Source of the DNA: Candidatus Effluviviaceae Genus V sp.
GTDB lineage: Bacteria; Joyebacterota; Joyebacteria; Joyebacterales; Joyebacteraceae
Direction: 5' to 3'
Length of the DNA stretch: 64,000 bases
Assembly: GCA_014728125.1 (NCBI GenBank)
Contig: WJMD01000097.1
Coordinates: 2,833 to 66,832 of the forward strand
Shown: positions 7,298 through 16,398 of the stretch, one piece after another
Numbering within the stretch: position 1 is the stretch's first letter
How the letters are laid out: every line of letters starts with the position of its first letter
Translations under genes and position numbers: made by a program
The notes under the pieces: generated by a model
Told to the model about the DNA's origin: nothing
Database searches by the model: none
The model's input: only the letters and a program-made list of their open reading frames with translations

Positions 7298-9316
7298 ATG
7301 ATGAAGCGAACGGCGATCGTGGCAGTGCTCTGCGCCGTACTGGTGGGAGTCTCAGTGAACGGGGTCGCGGCAGACCGCGTCGTCCTCGCCGAGATGTTCG
7401 GCGGGACGTGGTGCGGATACTGCCCCGACTCGTCAGGCGCCCTTCAGATCCTCAGGGGCGAGTTCAGGGACGACCAGTTCCTGGCCATTTACAATCACGT
7501 GGGCGGCGCCGACCCGTGGCGCACGTCCGAGTCCGAGAGCCGCGCCAGCTGGTACAGCGTCGGCGGCGTCCCGCACGTCGAGTTCGACGGGGTCACCGAC
7601 GTTGTCGGCTCGTACGGGTCGCCCGAGGCGACGGCCGACGCCTTCCGGCCGATCGTCAACAGCCGTCTGGGCGTCTCGGCTCCGCTGACGATCGAGGCCG
7701 TCGGCATCATCGGGTCGTCGGCCGGCTGGGTCGACGCCACCATCAAGGCGACCGAGTCGATCTCCCACACCGATCTCAGGGCGCAGTTCGTCCTCATCGA
7801 GAACGGGATGAGCTACGGCGGGAAGGACTACGACTTCACGGCCCGTGATTACCTGCCGGTCGAGAGTCTCTCGCTCTCCTCGCCCGGCGACTCCGTGGTG
7901 GTCAACAGGAACTTCACCATCGATCCGACCTGGGACCACACGAACATGGAGCTCGTCGTCTTCGTCGAGCGGACGACGGTCAAGCAGATCGTCAACGCCG
8001 GACTCATGACGAACCCCTATCAGTTCGACTTCGAGACGGAGGTCTACGCGGCCGAGGTGCCGCTGATGGGCGGCAGCGTCTTCACGACCGTTCTCAGGAA
8101 CACAGGAACGGTGACCGACACCATCACGGTCAACATCGAGAACGTCGAGATCCCCGACGGCGTCTCCTCGTTCGATTGGTTCGCGACCTACTGCGACGAG
8201 GAAGGTCTGTGCTACTTCGGCGAGCATGACTTCGTTCTGGCGCCTGGAGAGTTCGAGACGCTCGACGTGCACATGGACGACTACAATGGATCGGTCCCCG
8301 GCATGGCGGTCACTCGCCTCTTCGGCACCAGCGCCGGCGACACGACGGCGCTCGAGGAGGAGTACTACGCGACCTTCGTCGGCATGCCTTCCATCCTGGT
8401 CGTCGAGGACGACGGCGACGACACATACGGGACGTACATGAAGTCCGCTCTCGACAGCGTCGGATACGCCGGACACCTGTGGGACGCCCACACACTTGGG
8501 CGCCCGGGTGCGGACCGGCTGGCGTCGTACTGGGCCGTCCTGTGGACGACCGGCAACGGCGACGCCACCGACATCACGGCAGACGACGAGTCGGATCTCA
8601 TGAGCTTCCTCGACGACGGCGGCAACCTGTTCCTCGCCAGCATGAACTACCTGTCGTCGCGCGCCGCAACGAACACCTTCATCACCGACTACCTGAATGT
8701 CAGCTCGTGGACGGACGATGCCGGCGGCTTCGTGATGACGGGCGTGAGCGGCGACATCATCTCCGACGGCATGTCGCTCGGGCTTCTGGGCGGGGACTTC
8801 GCCCCGGGCGCGACCGACAAGTTCGTCATCTCCTCGCCGGCGGATTCGATCTTCTACGCCTCCAACGGCGTGCGCGGACTCAAGGTCGATGACGGCTACA
8901 AGGCCGTCTTCACCTCGTTCCCCTTCGAACTCGTGAAGACGACGACGGCCGACCCCGACAACCAGATGACGCTCATCGACCGCATCCTCACCTGGTTCCA
9001 GATGACGGGTGTCGACGATGTGATCCCGGGCGTGCAGAGGCTGTCGCTCGGCCAGAACTACCCGAACCCCTTCAACCCGGTGACGACCATCGAGTTCTCG
9101 GTGCCCGCGAGCGCGGAGCGCGTTGAGCTCGAGGTCTACAATGTGGCCGGAAGACTGGTCCGGACGCTCGTCGACGGCGAGCTCGAGGCCGGACCGCACA
9201 GGGTCATCTGGGACGGCACGGACGGGAACGGGAAGAGCTGCTCCTCCGGCATCTACTTCACCAGACTGACGGCCGGACGGGAGACGAAGACCGGGAAGAT
9301 GACGCTTCTCAAGTAG
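7298..9316 (+). CDS. T9SS cargo protein: N-terminal thioredoxin-like CxxC domain + uncharacterised middle domain + C-terminal T9SS sorting domain
   Basis: AAGGAG precedes ATG 7298, and MMKRTAIVAVLCAVLVGVSVNGVAA is a signal peptide. The N-terminal domain carries VVLAEMFGGTWCGYCP. The C-terminal 85 aa are GQNYPNPFNPVTTIEFSVP...VYNVAGRLVRTLVDG...GIYFTRL...KMTLLK, which is Por_Secre_tail/FlgD-Ig-like. Confidence 0.7.
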   Translation: MMKRTAIVAVLCAVLVGVSVNGVAADRVVLAEMFGGTWCGYCPDSSGALQILRGEFRDDQFLAIYNHVGGADPWRTSESESRASWYSVGGVPHVEFDGVTDVVGSYGSPEATADAFRPIVNSRLGVSAPLTIEAVGIIGSSAGWVDATIKATESISHTDLRAQFVLIENGMSYGGKDYDFTARDYLPVESLSLSSPGDSVVVNRNFTIDPTWDHTNMELVVFVERTTVKQIVNAGLMTNPYQFDFETEVYAAEVPLMGGSVFTTVLRNTGTVTDTITVNIENVEIPDGVSSFDWFATYCDEEGLCYFGEHDFVLAPGEFETLDVHMDDYNGSVPGMAVTRLFGTSAGDTTALEEEYYATFVGMPSILVVEDDGDDTYGTYMKSALDSVGYAGHLWDAHTLGRPGADRLASYWAVLWTTGNGDATDITADDESDLMSFLDDGGNLFLASMNYLSSRAATNTFITDYLNVSSWTDDAGGFVMTGVSGDIISDGMSLGLLGGDFAPGATDKFVISSPADSIFYASNGVRGLKVDDGYKAVFTSFPFELVKTTTADPDNQMTLIDRILTWFQMTGVDDVIPGVQRLSLGQNYPNPFNPVTTIEFSVPASAERVELEVYNVAGRLVRTLVDGELEAGPHRVIWDGTDGNGKSCSSGIYFTRLTAGRETKTGKMTLLK

Positions 9317-9339
9317 CGCCGCTTCGGAGCACACTGCAT

Positions 9340-9370
9340 CCCGGGCGCCCTGAAACGACGGGCGCCCGGG
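9340..9370 (+). terminator. GC-rich perfect hairpin (11-bp stem, 9-nt loop), likely intrinsic terminator
   Basis: CCCGGGCGCCC-tgaaacgac-GGGCGCCCGGG lies 24 nt after the stop of the T9SS cargo gene. There is no U-tract, as is common in high-GC genomes. Confidence 0.4.
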
Positions 9371-9409
9371 TGCCTTCCGGGGGGACGCACAGCTGAAAGG
9401 GCACGTTCG

Positions 9410-11734
9410 ATGCGACACGATTCGCGACTCCTGAGCCTTGTGCTCGCAGCGATCCTCGCCGTCACGCTTCAGGCCGCCGCCTATCCGAGGGACGATGCGG
9501 CTGTCGTCGAGATCGACGTCCATTCAAGGGCGGAGATCCACCATCTCAACGAGCTCGGCATGGACATCATGAACGTGCGGGACGGCGTTGCCGAGATCGC
9601 CGCCGTGCCCTCGGAGATCGACGTGCTGCGAGCCAACGGCTACATCCCGCGCATCGTCATGGAGCGCATGATCGACGGCGTGGCCTCGCTGCGTCTCGAG
9701 GACCGTGGGGAGTACCACAGCTACACCGAGCTGACGAACGACATGGCGGCGTGGGCTTCGGCCTATCCGAACATCACCGAGCTCGTCTCCATCGGTCAGA
9801 GCGTCCTCGGCCGCGAGCTCTGGGCGATGAAGATCACCGACAACCCGGCCATCGAGGAGTTCGAGCCGGAGATCCAGTGGATCGGGGCGCACCACGGCGA
9901 CGAGACGATCAGTGTCGAAGTGTGCTACTACATGATCGACCACCTTCTCGAGAACTACGGTACAGACCCCCAGGTCACGTGGCTCGTCGACGAACGCGAG
10001 ATCTGGATCATCCCGATGTTCAACCCCGACGGCCACACGAGCGGCTCCCGATACAACGGGAACGGCGAGGACCTCAACAGGGGCTACCTCTGTCCGTGCG
10101 GCTGCAACGCCGGCTCGGCCATGGCCCAGCCCGAGCACCAGGCGCTCGAGGCGTTCAACGAGCGGATGAACCCCGTGACGTCGCTCACGTTCCACTCGGG
10201 CGCGGTCTACGTCAACTACCTGTGGGACTACACGTATTCGGCCACGCCCGATGAGGCGATGCTCATCACGCTCTCCGAGGGCTACAGCTCGTACACGGGC
10301 CTCCCTGTGACGAACGGCGCCGACTGGTACATCGTCCACGGGAGCTGTCAGGACTGGTGCTACGACCAGCGCGGTGAGATCGACACGACCATCGAGGTCT
10401 CGACGACCAAGGACCCGCCCCAGTCTTCGATCGATCCGATCGTGTCGGACAACATCCCGGCGATGCTCTATCAGGCGCGGAAGTCGGGGAAGGGCATCCG
10501 GGGGCTTGTGACAGACGGCGAGACCGGCGAGCCGCTGTATGCGACGATCTCGATCCCCGAGATCGGAAAGGACGTCTACACGGACCCGGACGTCGGCGAC
10601 TACCACCGCATGGTCGAGTCGGGTACCTACACGGTTGTCTGTGAGGTCGAGGGATACCCCACCGAGACGGTCTACAACGTCTCGGCGAACCTCGACACGT
10701 TCGTCGTCGTCAACTTCGCCATGGAGCCTCCGCCCCGCGGCACGGTCGCGGGCTACGTCACCGACGAGCTCATGAACCCGATCGAGGCGACCGTCGAGGT
10801 CACCGACCTGACGGGCTACTCGGCCTCGTCGGACCCGGCGACCGGGTACTACGAGATCCCCTACATCCCGGCAGGCACGCACACGGTCCGGGCGAGCGCT
10901 CCGGGCTTCAGGACCGAGGAGCGGACCGGCGTCGAGGTTGTCGACAACACGACCTCGACGGAGAGCTTCGCGCTCGTCGCGCCGGTCTTCTACGACGACT
11001 TCGAGAGCGGGCTTTCGGGCTGGAACGGCTCGTGGGCGACGACCACCTCCGAGGCCATGAGTCCGACCCACTCGATGACCGACAGCCCGGGCGGCCAGTA
11101 CGGCAACAACGACTACACCGTGACCACACTGGCCAGCCCGGTCGATCTGACCGGTCATGCCGAGGCGGCGCTCGTCTTCTGGCACCGGTACGACACCGAG
11201 GCCGGATACGACATCTGCTACGTGGAGGTGAGTTCGGACGGCGGTTCGAGCTGGACGCAGGTCGGTTCGTACGACGGCCTGCAGAACGACTGGGTCGAGG
11301 AAGAGATCGACGTCTCTTCCTGGGCGGGGACGAGTCAGTTCCTCGTCAGGTTCACGCTGGACTCGGACGGCTGGATCACGGACGACGGATGGTACGTCGA
11401 CGACGTCCAGGTCTTCGGCGACCAGACGCTCTCGGGCATCGATGAGGAGATCGTCCGGGCCCCGCGCGTGGCCAACTACCCGAACCCGTTCAACCCGGTG
11501 ACCTCCGTGACCTACTCGGTACCGTCGCCCGGAAGCGTGACACTCGGGATCTACGACGTCTCGGGGCGGCTCGTCCGGACGCTGGTCGACGGAGCCGTCG
11601 AGGTCGCGGGCGAGCACAGCGCGACGTGGAACGGGACGGACGAGGGCGGCCGCTCGGTCGCCGGCGGCGTCTACTTCGCCCGTCTCGTGACCGACGCGGG
11701 GGAGGCCTCCTCGAAGCTCGTGCTGCTCAAGTAG
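9410..11734 (+). CDS. T9SS-secreted M14-family zinc carboxypeptidase with carboxypeptidase-regulatory-like domains
   Basis: A signal peptide is present. The M14 core is HSYTELT...ELWAMKITDNP...WIGAHHGDETIS (HxxE zinc ligands)...NRGY...FHSGA. Two CarboxypepD_reg-like beta-sandwich segments follow (GIRGLVTDGETGEPL; GTVAGYVTDELMNPIEATV). The C-terminal domain YPNPFNPVTSVTYSVP...VYFARL...KLVLLK is a T9SS sorting domain. Confidence 0.85.
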   Translation: MRHDSRLLSLVLAAILAVTLQAAAYPRDDAAVVEIDVHSRAEIHHLNELGMDIMNVRDGVAEIAAVPSEIDVLRANGYIPRIVMERMIDGVASLRLEDRGEYHSYTELTNDMAAWASAYPNITELVSIGQSVLGRELWAMKITDNPAIEEFEPEIQWIGAHHGDETISVEVCYYMIDHLLENYGTDPQVTWLVDEREIWIIPMFNPDGHTSGSRYNGNGEDLNRGYLCPCGCNAGSAMAQPEHQALEAFNERMNPVTSLTFHSGAVYVNYLWDYTYSATPDEAMLITLSEGYSSYTGLPVTNGADWYIVHGSCQDWCYDQRGEIDTTIEVSTTKDPPQSSIDPIVSDNIPAMLYQARKSGKGIRGLVTDGETGEPLYATISIPEIGKDVYTDPDVGDYHRMVESGTYTVVCEVEGYPTETVYNVSANLDTFVVVNFAMEPPPRGTVAGYVTDELMNPIEATVEVTDLTGYSASSDPATGYYEIPYIPAGTHTVRASAPGFRTEERTGVEVVDNTTSTESFALVAPVFYDDFESGLSGWNGSWATTTSEAMSPTHSMTDSPGGQYGNNDYTVTTLASPVDLTGHAEAALVFWHRYDTEAGYDICYVEVSSDGGSSWTQVGSYDGLQNDWVEEEIDVSSWAGTSQFLVRFTLDSDGWITDDGWYVDDVQVFGDQTLSGIDEEIVRAPRVANYPNPFNPVTSVTYSVPSPGSVTLGIYDVSGRLVRTLVDGAVEVAGEHSATWNGTDEGGRSVAGGVYFARLVTDAGEASSKLVLLK

Positions 11735-11761
11735 TTTTCGGAACGGTTCTGGCATTCTCAA

Positions 11762-11788
11762 GCGGGGCGGCTCATCGAGCCGCCCCGC
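11762..11788 (+). terminator. perfect 12-bp GC hairpin after the M14 gene
   Basis: GCGGGGCGGCTC-atc-GAGCCGCCCCGC lies 28 nt after the stop codon. Confidence 0.4.
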
Positions 11789-11807
11789 CGGTGTCTGTGG
11801 ACCGCCC

Positions 11808-11837
11808 TTGACACGCGGCGAGGGGCGGTGACATTAT
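11808..11837 (+). promoter_or_regulatory. putative sigma70 promoter for the transporter gene
   Basis: TTGACA sits at 11808-11813, an 18-nt spacer follows, and CATTAT sits at 11832-11837. The -10 element is weak. Confidence 0.3.
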
Positions 11838-11888
11838 CGCGCCCGTTGCGGAGACGGCGACTCGAAGAGGAAGGGACGCTTACTCTCG

Positions 11889-13274
11889 GTGAAGCGACGC
11901 AGGGTTCTGAGCATCCTGATCGCGCTGGTCGTCTGTGCGGGCATCATGCTGGCGCCGACGCCGTCCGGCCTCACGCGCGAGGGACAGAACGCGATCGCCA
12001 TCTTCGGGCTCTGTTTCGTTCTGTGGGTAGGGAACGCACTTCCCCTCTCCGTCACGAGTCTCTTCGCCATCGTCCTGCTCCCGACGCTCCGCGTGCTCCC
12101 GGCGTCGCGGTCGTTCGCCCTCTTCGGCAGCCCAGTCGTCTTCTTCATCCTCGGGGCCTTCATCCTGGCCGCGGCCATGATGCGGTCGGGTCTCTCGACG
12201 AGGCTGGCGCTCGCCTTCCTCAGACGTTTCGGTGGCAGTCCAGGCCAGCTGCTGGCCGGCGTCGTCTTCTCGGGCGGCTTCCTGGCCTTCTGGATGCCGT
12301 CGCACGCGGTCGCCGCGCTCCTGTTCCCGATCGTCCTCGAGATCGTCCACGCTCTTGAACTCCGTCCGATGCGGAGCGGCTACGGCCGCGCCCTGCTTCT
12401 CGCGCTCGCGTGGGGGGCCGTGATCGGCGGCGTCGCCACCTTCCTCGGCGGCGCCAGGAACCCGCTCGCGCTCGGCATCCTCCAGGAGCACTACGGGCAG
12501 TCGATCGGTTTCCTCGAGTGGATGATCGCCGTGGCCCCGTTCGCCGTGGCCCTCATGGGAGTCGGCTACCTCGTGCTCTCCAGGGGATGCAGGATCGAGA
12601 TCGACGACGTCTCGGAAGCCAGGCGGGCGCTCGACAGAAAGGCCACTGAGCTCGGGCCGCTGACGGCCAGGGAGAAGGGCGTCGCGACGATCATGGTCCT
12701 GACGATCGGCGCGTGGATCGTAGCCGGTCAGAACATGGGACTGGCCTCCATCTCTCTGCTCGCCGCTGTCTCGCTCTTCGTCTTCAACCTGATCGACTGG
12801 CAGAGCGTCGAGGAGTACGTCAACTGGGGCGTCATCCTGATGTACGGGGGTGCCATCGCGATCGCGACCGCGCTCCACGAGTCCGGCGGCGCGGCGTGGA
12901 TCGCGCAGGTAGCCGTCCAGCGCCTCTCGGGTCTGCCGCCCTTTGCGATGTTCATGGTCTTCGCGGTCGCCGCCATCTTCCTGACCGAGGCCATCAGCAA
13001 CGTCGCCGCCGTCGCACTCTTTCTTCCCATCGCCTTCGGGATCGCCGAGGGGAGCGGTCTCGCGCCGGTCCCGGTCGTCTTCGCCGTGGCGGTCCCCGCC
13101 GGTCTGGCGTTCGCGCTGCCGATGGGGACTCCGCCCAACGCGATCGCCTACTCGGCCGGCTACTACAGACTGAGGGACTCAGTGATTCTCGGAGCCGTCC
13201 TCAAGCTGGCCGCGCTCGCACTCCTGGCGCTCGCGGTGAAGGTCTACTGGCCGCTTCTCGGCATCGACATCTAG
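11889..13274 (+). CDS. DASS/SLC13-family anion:sodium symporter (CitT/ArsB-like permease superfamily)
   Basis: The protein is polytopic with duplicated halves. Recognisable motifs include FLTEAISNVAAVALFLPIA and GTPPNAIAYSAGYY, matching the SLC13/DASS hairpin-loop motifs. The start is GTG 11889. Confidence 0.7.
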   Translation: MKRRRVLSILIALVVCAGIMLAPTPSGLTREGQNAIAIFGLCFVLWVGNALPLSVTSLFAIVLLPTLRVLPASRSFALFGSPVVFFILGAFILAAAMMRSGLSTRLALAFLRRFGGSPGQLLAGVVFSGGFLAFWMPSHAVAALLFPIVLEIVHALELRPMRSGYGRALLLALAWGAVIGGVATFLGGARNPLALGILQEHYGQSIGFLEWMIAVAPFAVALMGVGYLVLSRGCRIEIDDVSEARRALDRKATELGPLTAREKGVATIMVLTIGAWIVAGQNMGLASISLLAAVSLFVFNLIDWQSVEEYVNWGVILMYGGAIAIATALHESGGAAWIAQVAVQRLSGLPPFAMFMVFAVAAIFLTEAISNVAAVALFLPIAFGIAEGSGLAPVPVVFAVAVPAGLAFALPMGTPPNAIAYSAGYYRLRDSVILGAVLKLAALALLALAVKVYWPLLGIDI

Positions 13275-13286
13275 GAGGAGGCCGTC

Positions 13287-13766
13287 GTGAAACGAATGCT
13301 GCTGCTGCTCTCGCCCGCGCGCGTCTCGCCGGTCTGCGTCGAGGAGGCTCTCGAGGAGGCGTCGACGTCCGACGCCGAGCTCGTCGCGTACTTCATTCTC
13401 GACACGACCATCAGCGAGGACCTCAGGAAGCGGATCCACGATACGGGGTTCCTCGGCGGCGCTCCGAGCGACGACTTCATGAAGGCGATGCGCCGGGAAC
13501 ACGAGCTTCAGGGGAGGGAGCAGCTGGAGCGCATCGGCGAGCGCGCCTCCGAGCTGGGGATACCCTACCGATCGGAGTTCGTCATCGGCGACTTCCTGAC
13601 GAGTTCGCTGGCGGCCGCCGACCGCGAGCATCCGGAGGCCATCTTCGTTTCGCGACGCGAACGGACGGCGATCGCCCGTCTGGTGGAGGGGTCCGCCGTC
13701 AGGGAACTCGAGGCGAGCGCCCCGTGCGAGGTTCTCGTGCACGACGAGGACAACGGTCTGGAGTGA
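13287..13766 (+). CDS. universal stress protein (UspA-like)
   Basis: The protein is about 160 aa and matches the Usp alpha/beta fold pattern (MKRMLLLLSPA..., C-terminal GSAVRELEASAPCEVLVH). Confidence 0.55.
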   Translation: MKRMLLLLSPARVSPVCVEEALEEASTSDAELVAYFILDTTISEDLRKRIHDTGFLGGAPSDDFMKAMRREHELQGREQLERIGERASELGIPYRSEFVIGDFLTSSLAAADREHPEAIFVSRRERTAIARLVEGSAVRELEASAPCEVLVHDEDNGLE

Positions 13767-13863
13767 CGCCGCCCGGGAACGTGAAAACGCCGCCCGGTTC
13801 TCGGCGCGTTTCTGCGCGCCTTGGGCCGGGCGGCGCCGTTCTGCCGAGCCTCGGTGGAATCGT

Positions 13864-16320
13864 CTAGCGCTTCTCCGAGCGGAGTCGCTCGAGCTCCTGC
13901 TCGAACGCGGCTCTGAGCCGCGGCCTTTCGGACAGCTCGATCGCCTTCTCCATCTCACGGATCGCCTCGTCGATGCGCCCGGTCTCCGCCAGGAGACTCG
14001 AGAGATTGGCGCGCGGAGACGGTGACTTCGGCGAGACGATGATCTCCTTCCGGAGCTCCTGCTCGGCCCGCTCCAGATCCCCCATGCGGTAGTAGGCCTG
14101 CGCGAGCCGCGTGTGTGCGTGCTCGACCCTCTGGTCGCCGGTCAGCGCCGCACGGAGAGCCTGGATGGCCTCGGGGTAGCGCTCCTGCGAGAGGTAGATG
14201 TCCGCGAGCCGCGACTGCGCGAGGCTGTTCCTCGGGTTGATAGCGATGGTCCGCTCGAGGTACTCGAGCTCCTGTTCGAGGTCACCCGTATCGAGATAGG
14301 TGAGCGCCAGCGTGTAGGCCGCGTCTGCGCTCGACGGATCGAGTTCGAGCGCCTTCTCGAGCGCCTCGATCGCGGCGTCCGGATTGCTCTGGAGCTTGAG
14401 CGTCTGCCCGAGCCCGACGTGGGCCGAGGCGTTCTCAGGATCGATCTCGATGGCCCTGCGGAAGACGCGGGCCGCCTCCGCCAGGCGGTCGAGCCGCATG
14501 TAGGCCGTTCCCAGGCTGACGTAGGCCGGACCGTATTCCGGATCGGCCTCGATGGCCTCCCTGAACGCCTCGACGGCCCCCTCGAAGTCGCCCGCACGGA
14601 ACATCTCGATCCCCCGGGAGAGCCGTCGCTGTTGCTCGGGCGAGAGACTCTCGTCGACCATCTCGAAGGTGCCGGAGGACCTCGTGACCTGCGCGAACGA
14701 GGTGTCATCGAGCTCGGATCTGAGGACCGGCAGGTCGGCCAGCCCGAGCGCCTGGAACGACACGAGAAGCGCGGCGCCGACGACCAGCAGGGCGGGCGCG
14801 AGAAGCTGCTTTCTGAGCGTCACCGTAAGCACGAAGCCCGCGGCTCCGGCGATGAGGCCCGCGATGAGAATGGAGGTCCGACCGAGCAGAGCTCCCGGAA
14901 GCGCACAGGCGATCAGGACGCAAGACGCCGCTATCCAGCTCGTGGCCGGGCTCTTGAGGGAGCCGAGGTTCCATCCGAAGCCGTACGACTTCGGGTCCTC
15001 CCAGAGACCCCGGGAGAGTGCGACGAGTGCCCCCGAGACAAGCGTGACGACGACCAGCGTCCTCGGCGTCCAGAGCGCGGCGGCGCCGCCCGCGTAGCCG
15101 CCGTATCCGAGAAGGAACGCGAAGAAGAGAGCGCTGGCTATCATGAGCTCCGCCAGCGGCGTGAACCGGCGGAGTTCGAAGGGCGGCGCGTAGTAGAAGT
15201 AGAAGATCGACAGCACACCGAGCACATAGGTGAGCGCGACGTAGCTCACCGAGAGCGCGAAGAGCGTCGACAATGAGAAGAGGAAGACCGAGGCGATGAG
15301 ACGCCGTCCCCGTTCGGGGTTGCCCGCGGGCGTCGCCGTCAGCCGTCGGAGAGAGGAGACCGTCAGTCCGGCCGAGCAGGACGCCGCCAGAAGCCCGATG
15401 ATCGAGATGGCATCGAACGGATGCGAGATCGCCAGCAGCCCCTCGCTCTGCATCAGAAGTCTGGCTCCGAAAGCCAGGCCCGCGAAAGTGACGAGCGGCA
15501 TCGAGACGGCGTGCACGAGGTCGAGCTCGCGGACGTCGGCCGCGAACCGCCCGGCGTCGTGGAGCCTGTACCAGAGGATGAGCACCGGTGTCACGACGAA
15601 CAGGTCGACGAGCGAGTTCGAAAGGTCGGAGAGCGCGAACGGCGTCACGTTCGCGAAGGCCCGGTGGATGTCGGCCCGGGCGAAGAACAGCTGGTAGACG
15701 TTCTCGATGTCGCCGCCGAACAGGTTGACCAGGGCCAGTGTGATCGGCGGGAGGGCGAAGAAGAAGAACATCGTCACGTAGATGACGAAGAACGACAGCA
15801 CGCTCCGGAGGACGTTCCGCGTCTTGAGAAAGACGTACCAGGCGCCGAGCAGGCAGCCGAGCGCTGCCTCCAGCCGGATGCCGACCGTCGTCCCCTGGAA
15901 ATCGTGGTAGGTCGGGTTGAGGAGGTTCAGGAACGCCCTGCCGATCGACCCGTCCTTCGGGATCAGATACCCGATGAGTTCGGGGGCATCGCCCGCCGAG
16001 GGAACGAGGAGATCGAGCACCGGCGGGAGCAGCGTCAGGAGCCAGGCGAAGAGCATGAGTCGCGTGACCCGCGCGATGCGCTCGCGCGACAGGAGCGCCA
16101 GGACGACCGAGAGCGCCAGAAGCGGCGCGATGTAGGCCAGAGGGTAGTGCAGGAAGTAGGAGAGGAAGTAGAGCGTTTTCTGCTGTCCGGAGACCTGCTC
16201 GAGGAAGTGCCTCAGGACGATGATCGACGCGAGGAAAAGGAGCCAGCGTCCCAGACCGATCTCGAGGTTCTCGATCCTCGACGAGATGGAGAGGACCCAT
16301 TCGTTGAGACTCTTCTTCAC
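13864..16320 (-). CDS. polytopic membrane protein with C-terminal TPR-repeat domain
   Basis: The N-terminal region of about 560 aa has 12 or more TM helices. The C-terminal region of about 250 aa has at least six TPR units (AYVSLGTAYMRLDRLAEAARVFRRAIEIDPENASAH...). GC3 is high in this frame, and the overlapping + ORFs are antisense artefacts. Confidence 0.7.
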   Translation of the reverse strand: MKKSLNEWVLSISSRIENLEIGLGRWLLFLASIIVLRHFLEQVSGQQKTLYFLSYFLHYPLAYIAPLLALSVVLALLSRERIARVTRLMLFAWLLTLLPPVLDLLVPSAGDAPELIGYLIPKDGSIGRAFLNLLNPTYHDFQGTTVGIRLEAALGCLLGAWYVFLKTRNVLRSVLSFFVIYVTMFFFFALPPITLALVNLFGGDIENVYQLFFARADIHRAFANVTPFALSDLSNSLVDLFVVTPVLILWYRLHDAGRFAADVRELDLVHAVSMPLVTFAGLAFGARLLMQSEGLLAISHPFDAISIIGLLAASCSAGLTVSSLRRLTATPAGNPERGRRLIASVFLFSLSTLFALSVSYVALTYVLGVLSIFYFYYAPPFELRRFTPLAELMIASALFFAFLLGYGGYAGGAAALWTPRTLVVVTLVSGALVALSRGLWEDPKSYGFGWNLGSLKSPATSWIAASCVLIACALPGALLGRTSILIAGLIAGAAGFVLTVTLRKQLLAPALLVVGAALLVSFQALGLADLPVLRSELDDTSFAQVTRSSGTFEMVDESLSPEQQRRLSRGIEMFRAGDFEGAVEAFREAIEADPEYGPAYVSLGTAYMRLDRLAEAARVFRRAIEIDPENASAHVGLGQTLKLQSNPDAAIEALEKALELDPSSADAAYTLALTYLDTGDLEQELEYLERTIAINPRNSLAQSRLADIYLSQERYPEAIQALRAALTGDQRVEHAHTRLAQAYYRMGDLERAEQELRKEIIVSPKSPSPRANLSSLLAETGRIDEAIREMEKAIELSERPRLRAAFEQELERLRSEKR

Positions 16321-16398
16321 AGATTCGTCCTCCGGAGTTCGGGCCCGAGCCGCAGGCGCTTCAGCCTACTCGCCGTCGCGGCGACCACGGTCGTACAG

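Noticed and set aside
9040-11734. Near-identical about 260-nt segments at the 3' ends of genes 7298..9316 and 9410..11734 considered as a mobile-element repeat
   Set aside because: They encode the conserved T9SS C-terminal sorting domain in frame. There are no inverted repeats or transposase, so this is domain paralogy rather than an IS element.
7433-11761. Two very long minus-strand ORFs (7433..9523, 696 aa; 9524..11761, 745 aa) opposite the T9SS cargo genes
   Set aside because: Their translations are Arg/Asp/Val/Gly-rich with no motifs. The + strand frames carry clear domain homology and a high-GC3 coding signature. These are typical GC-driven antisense ORFs.
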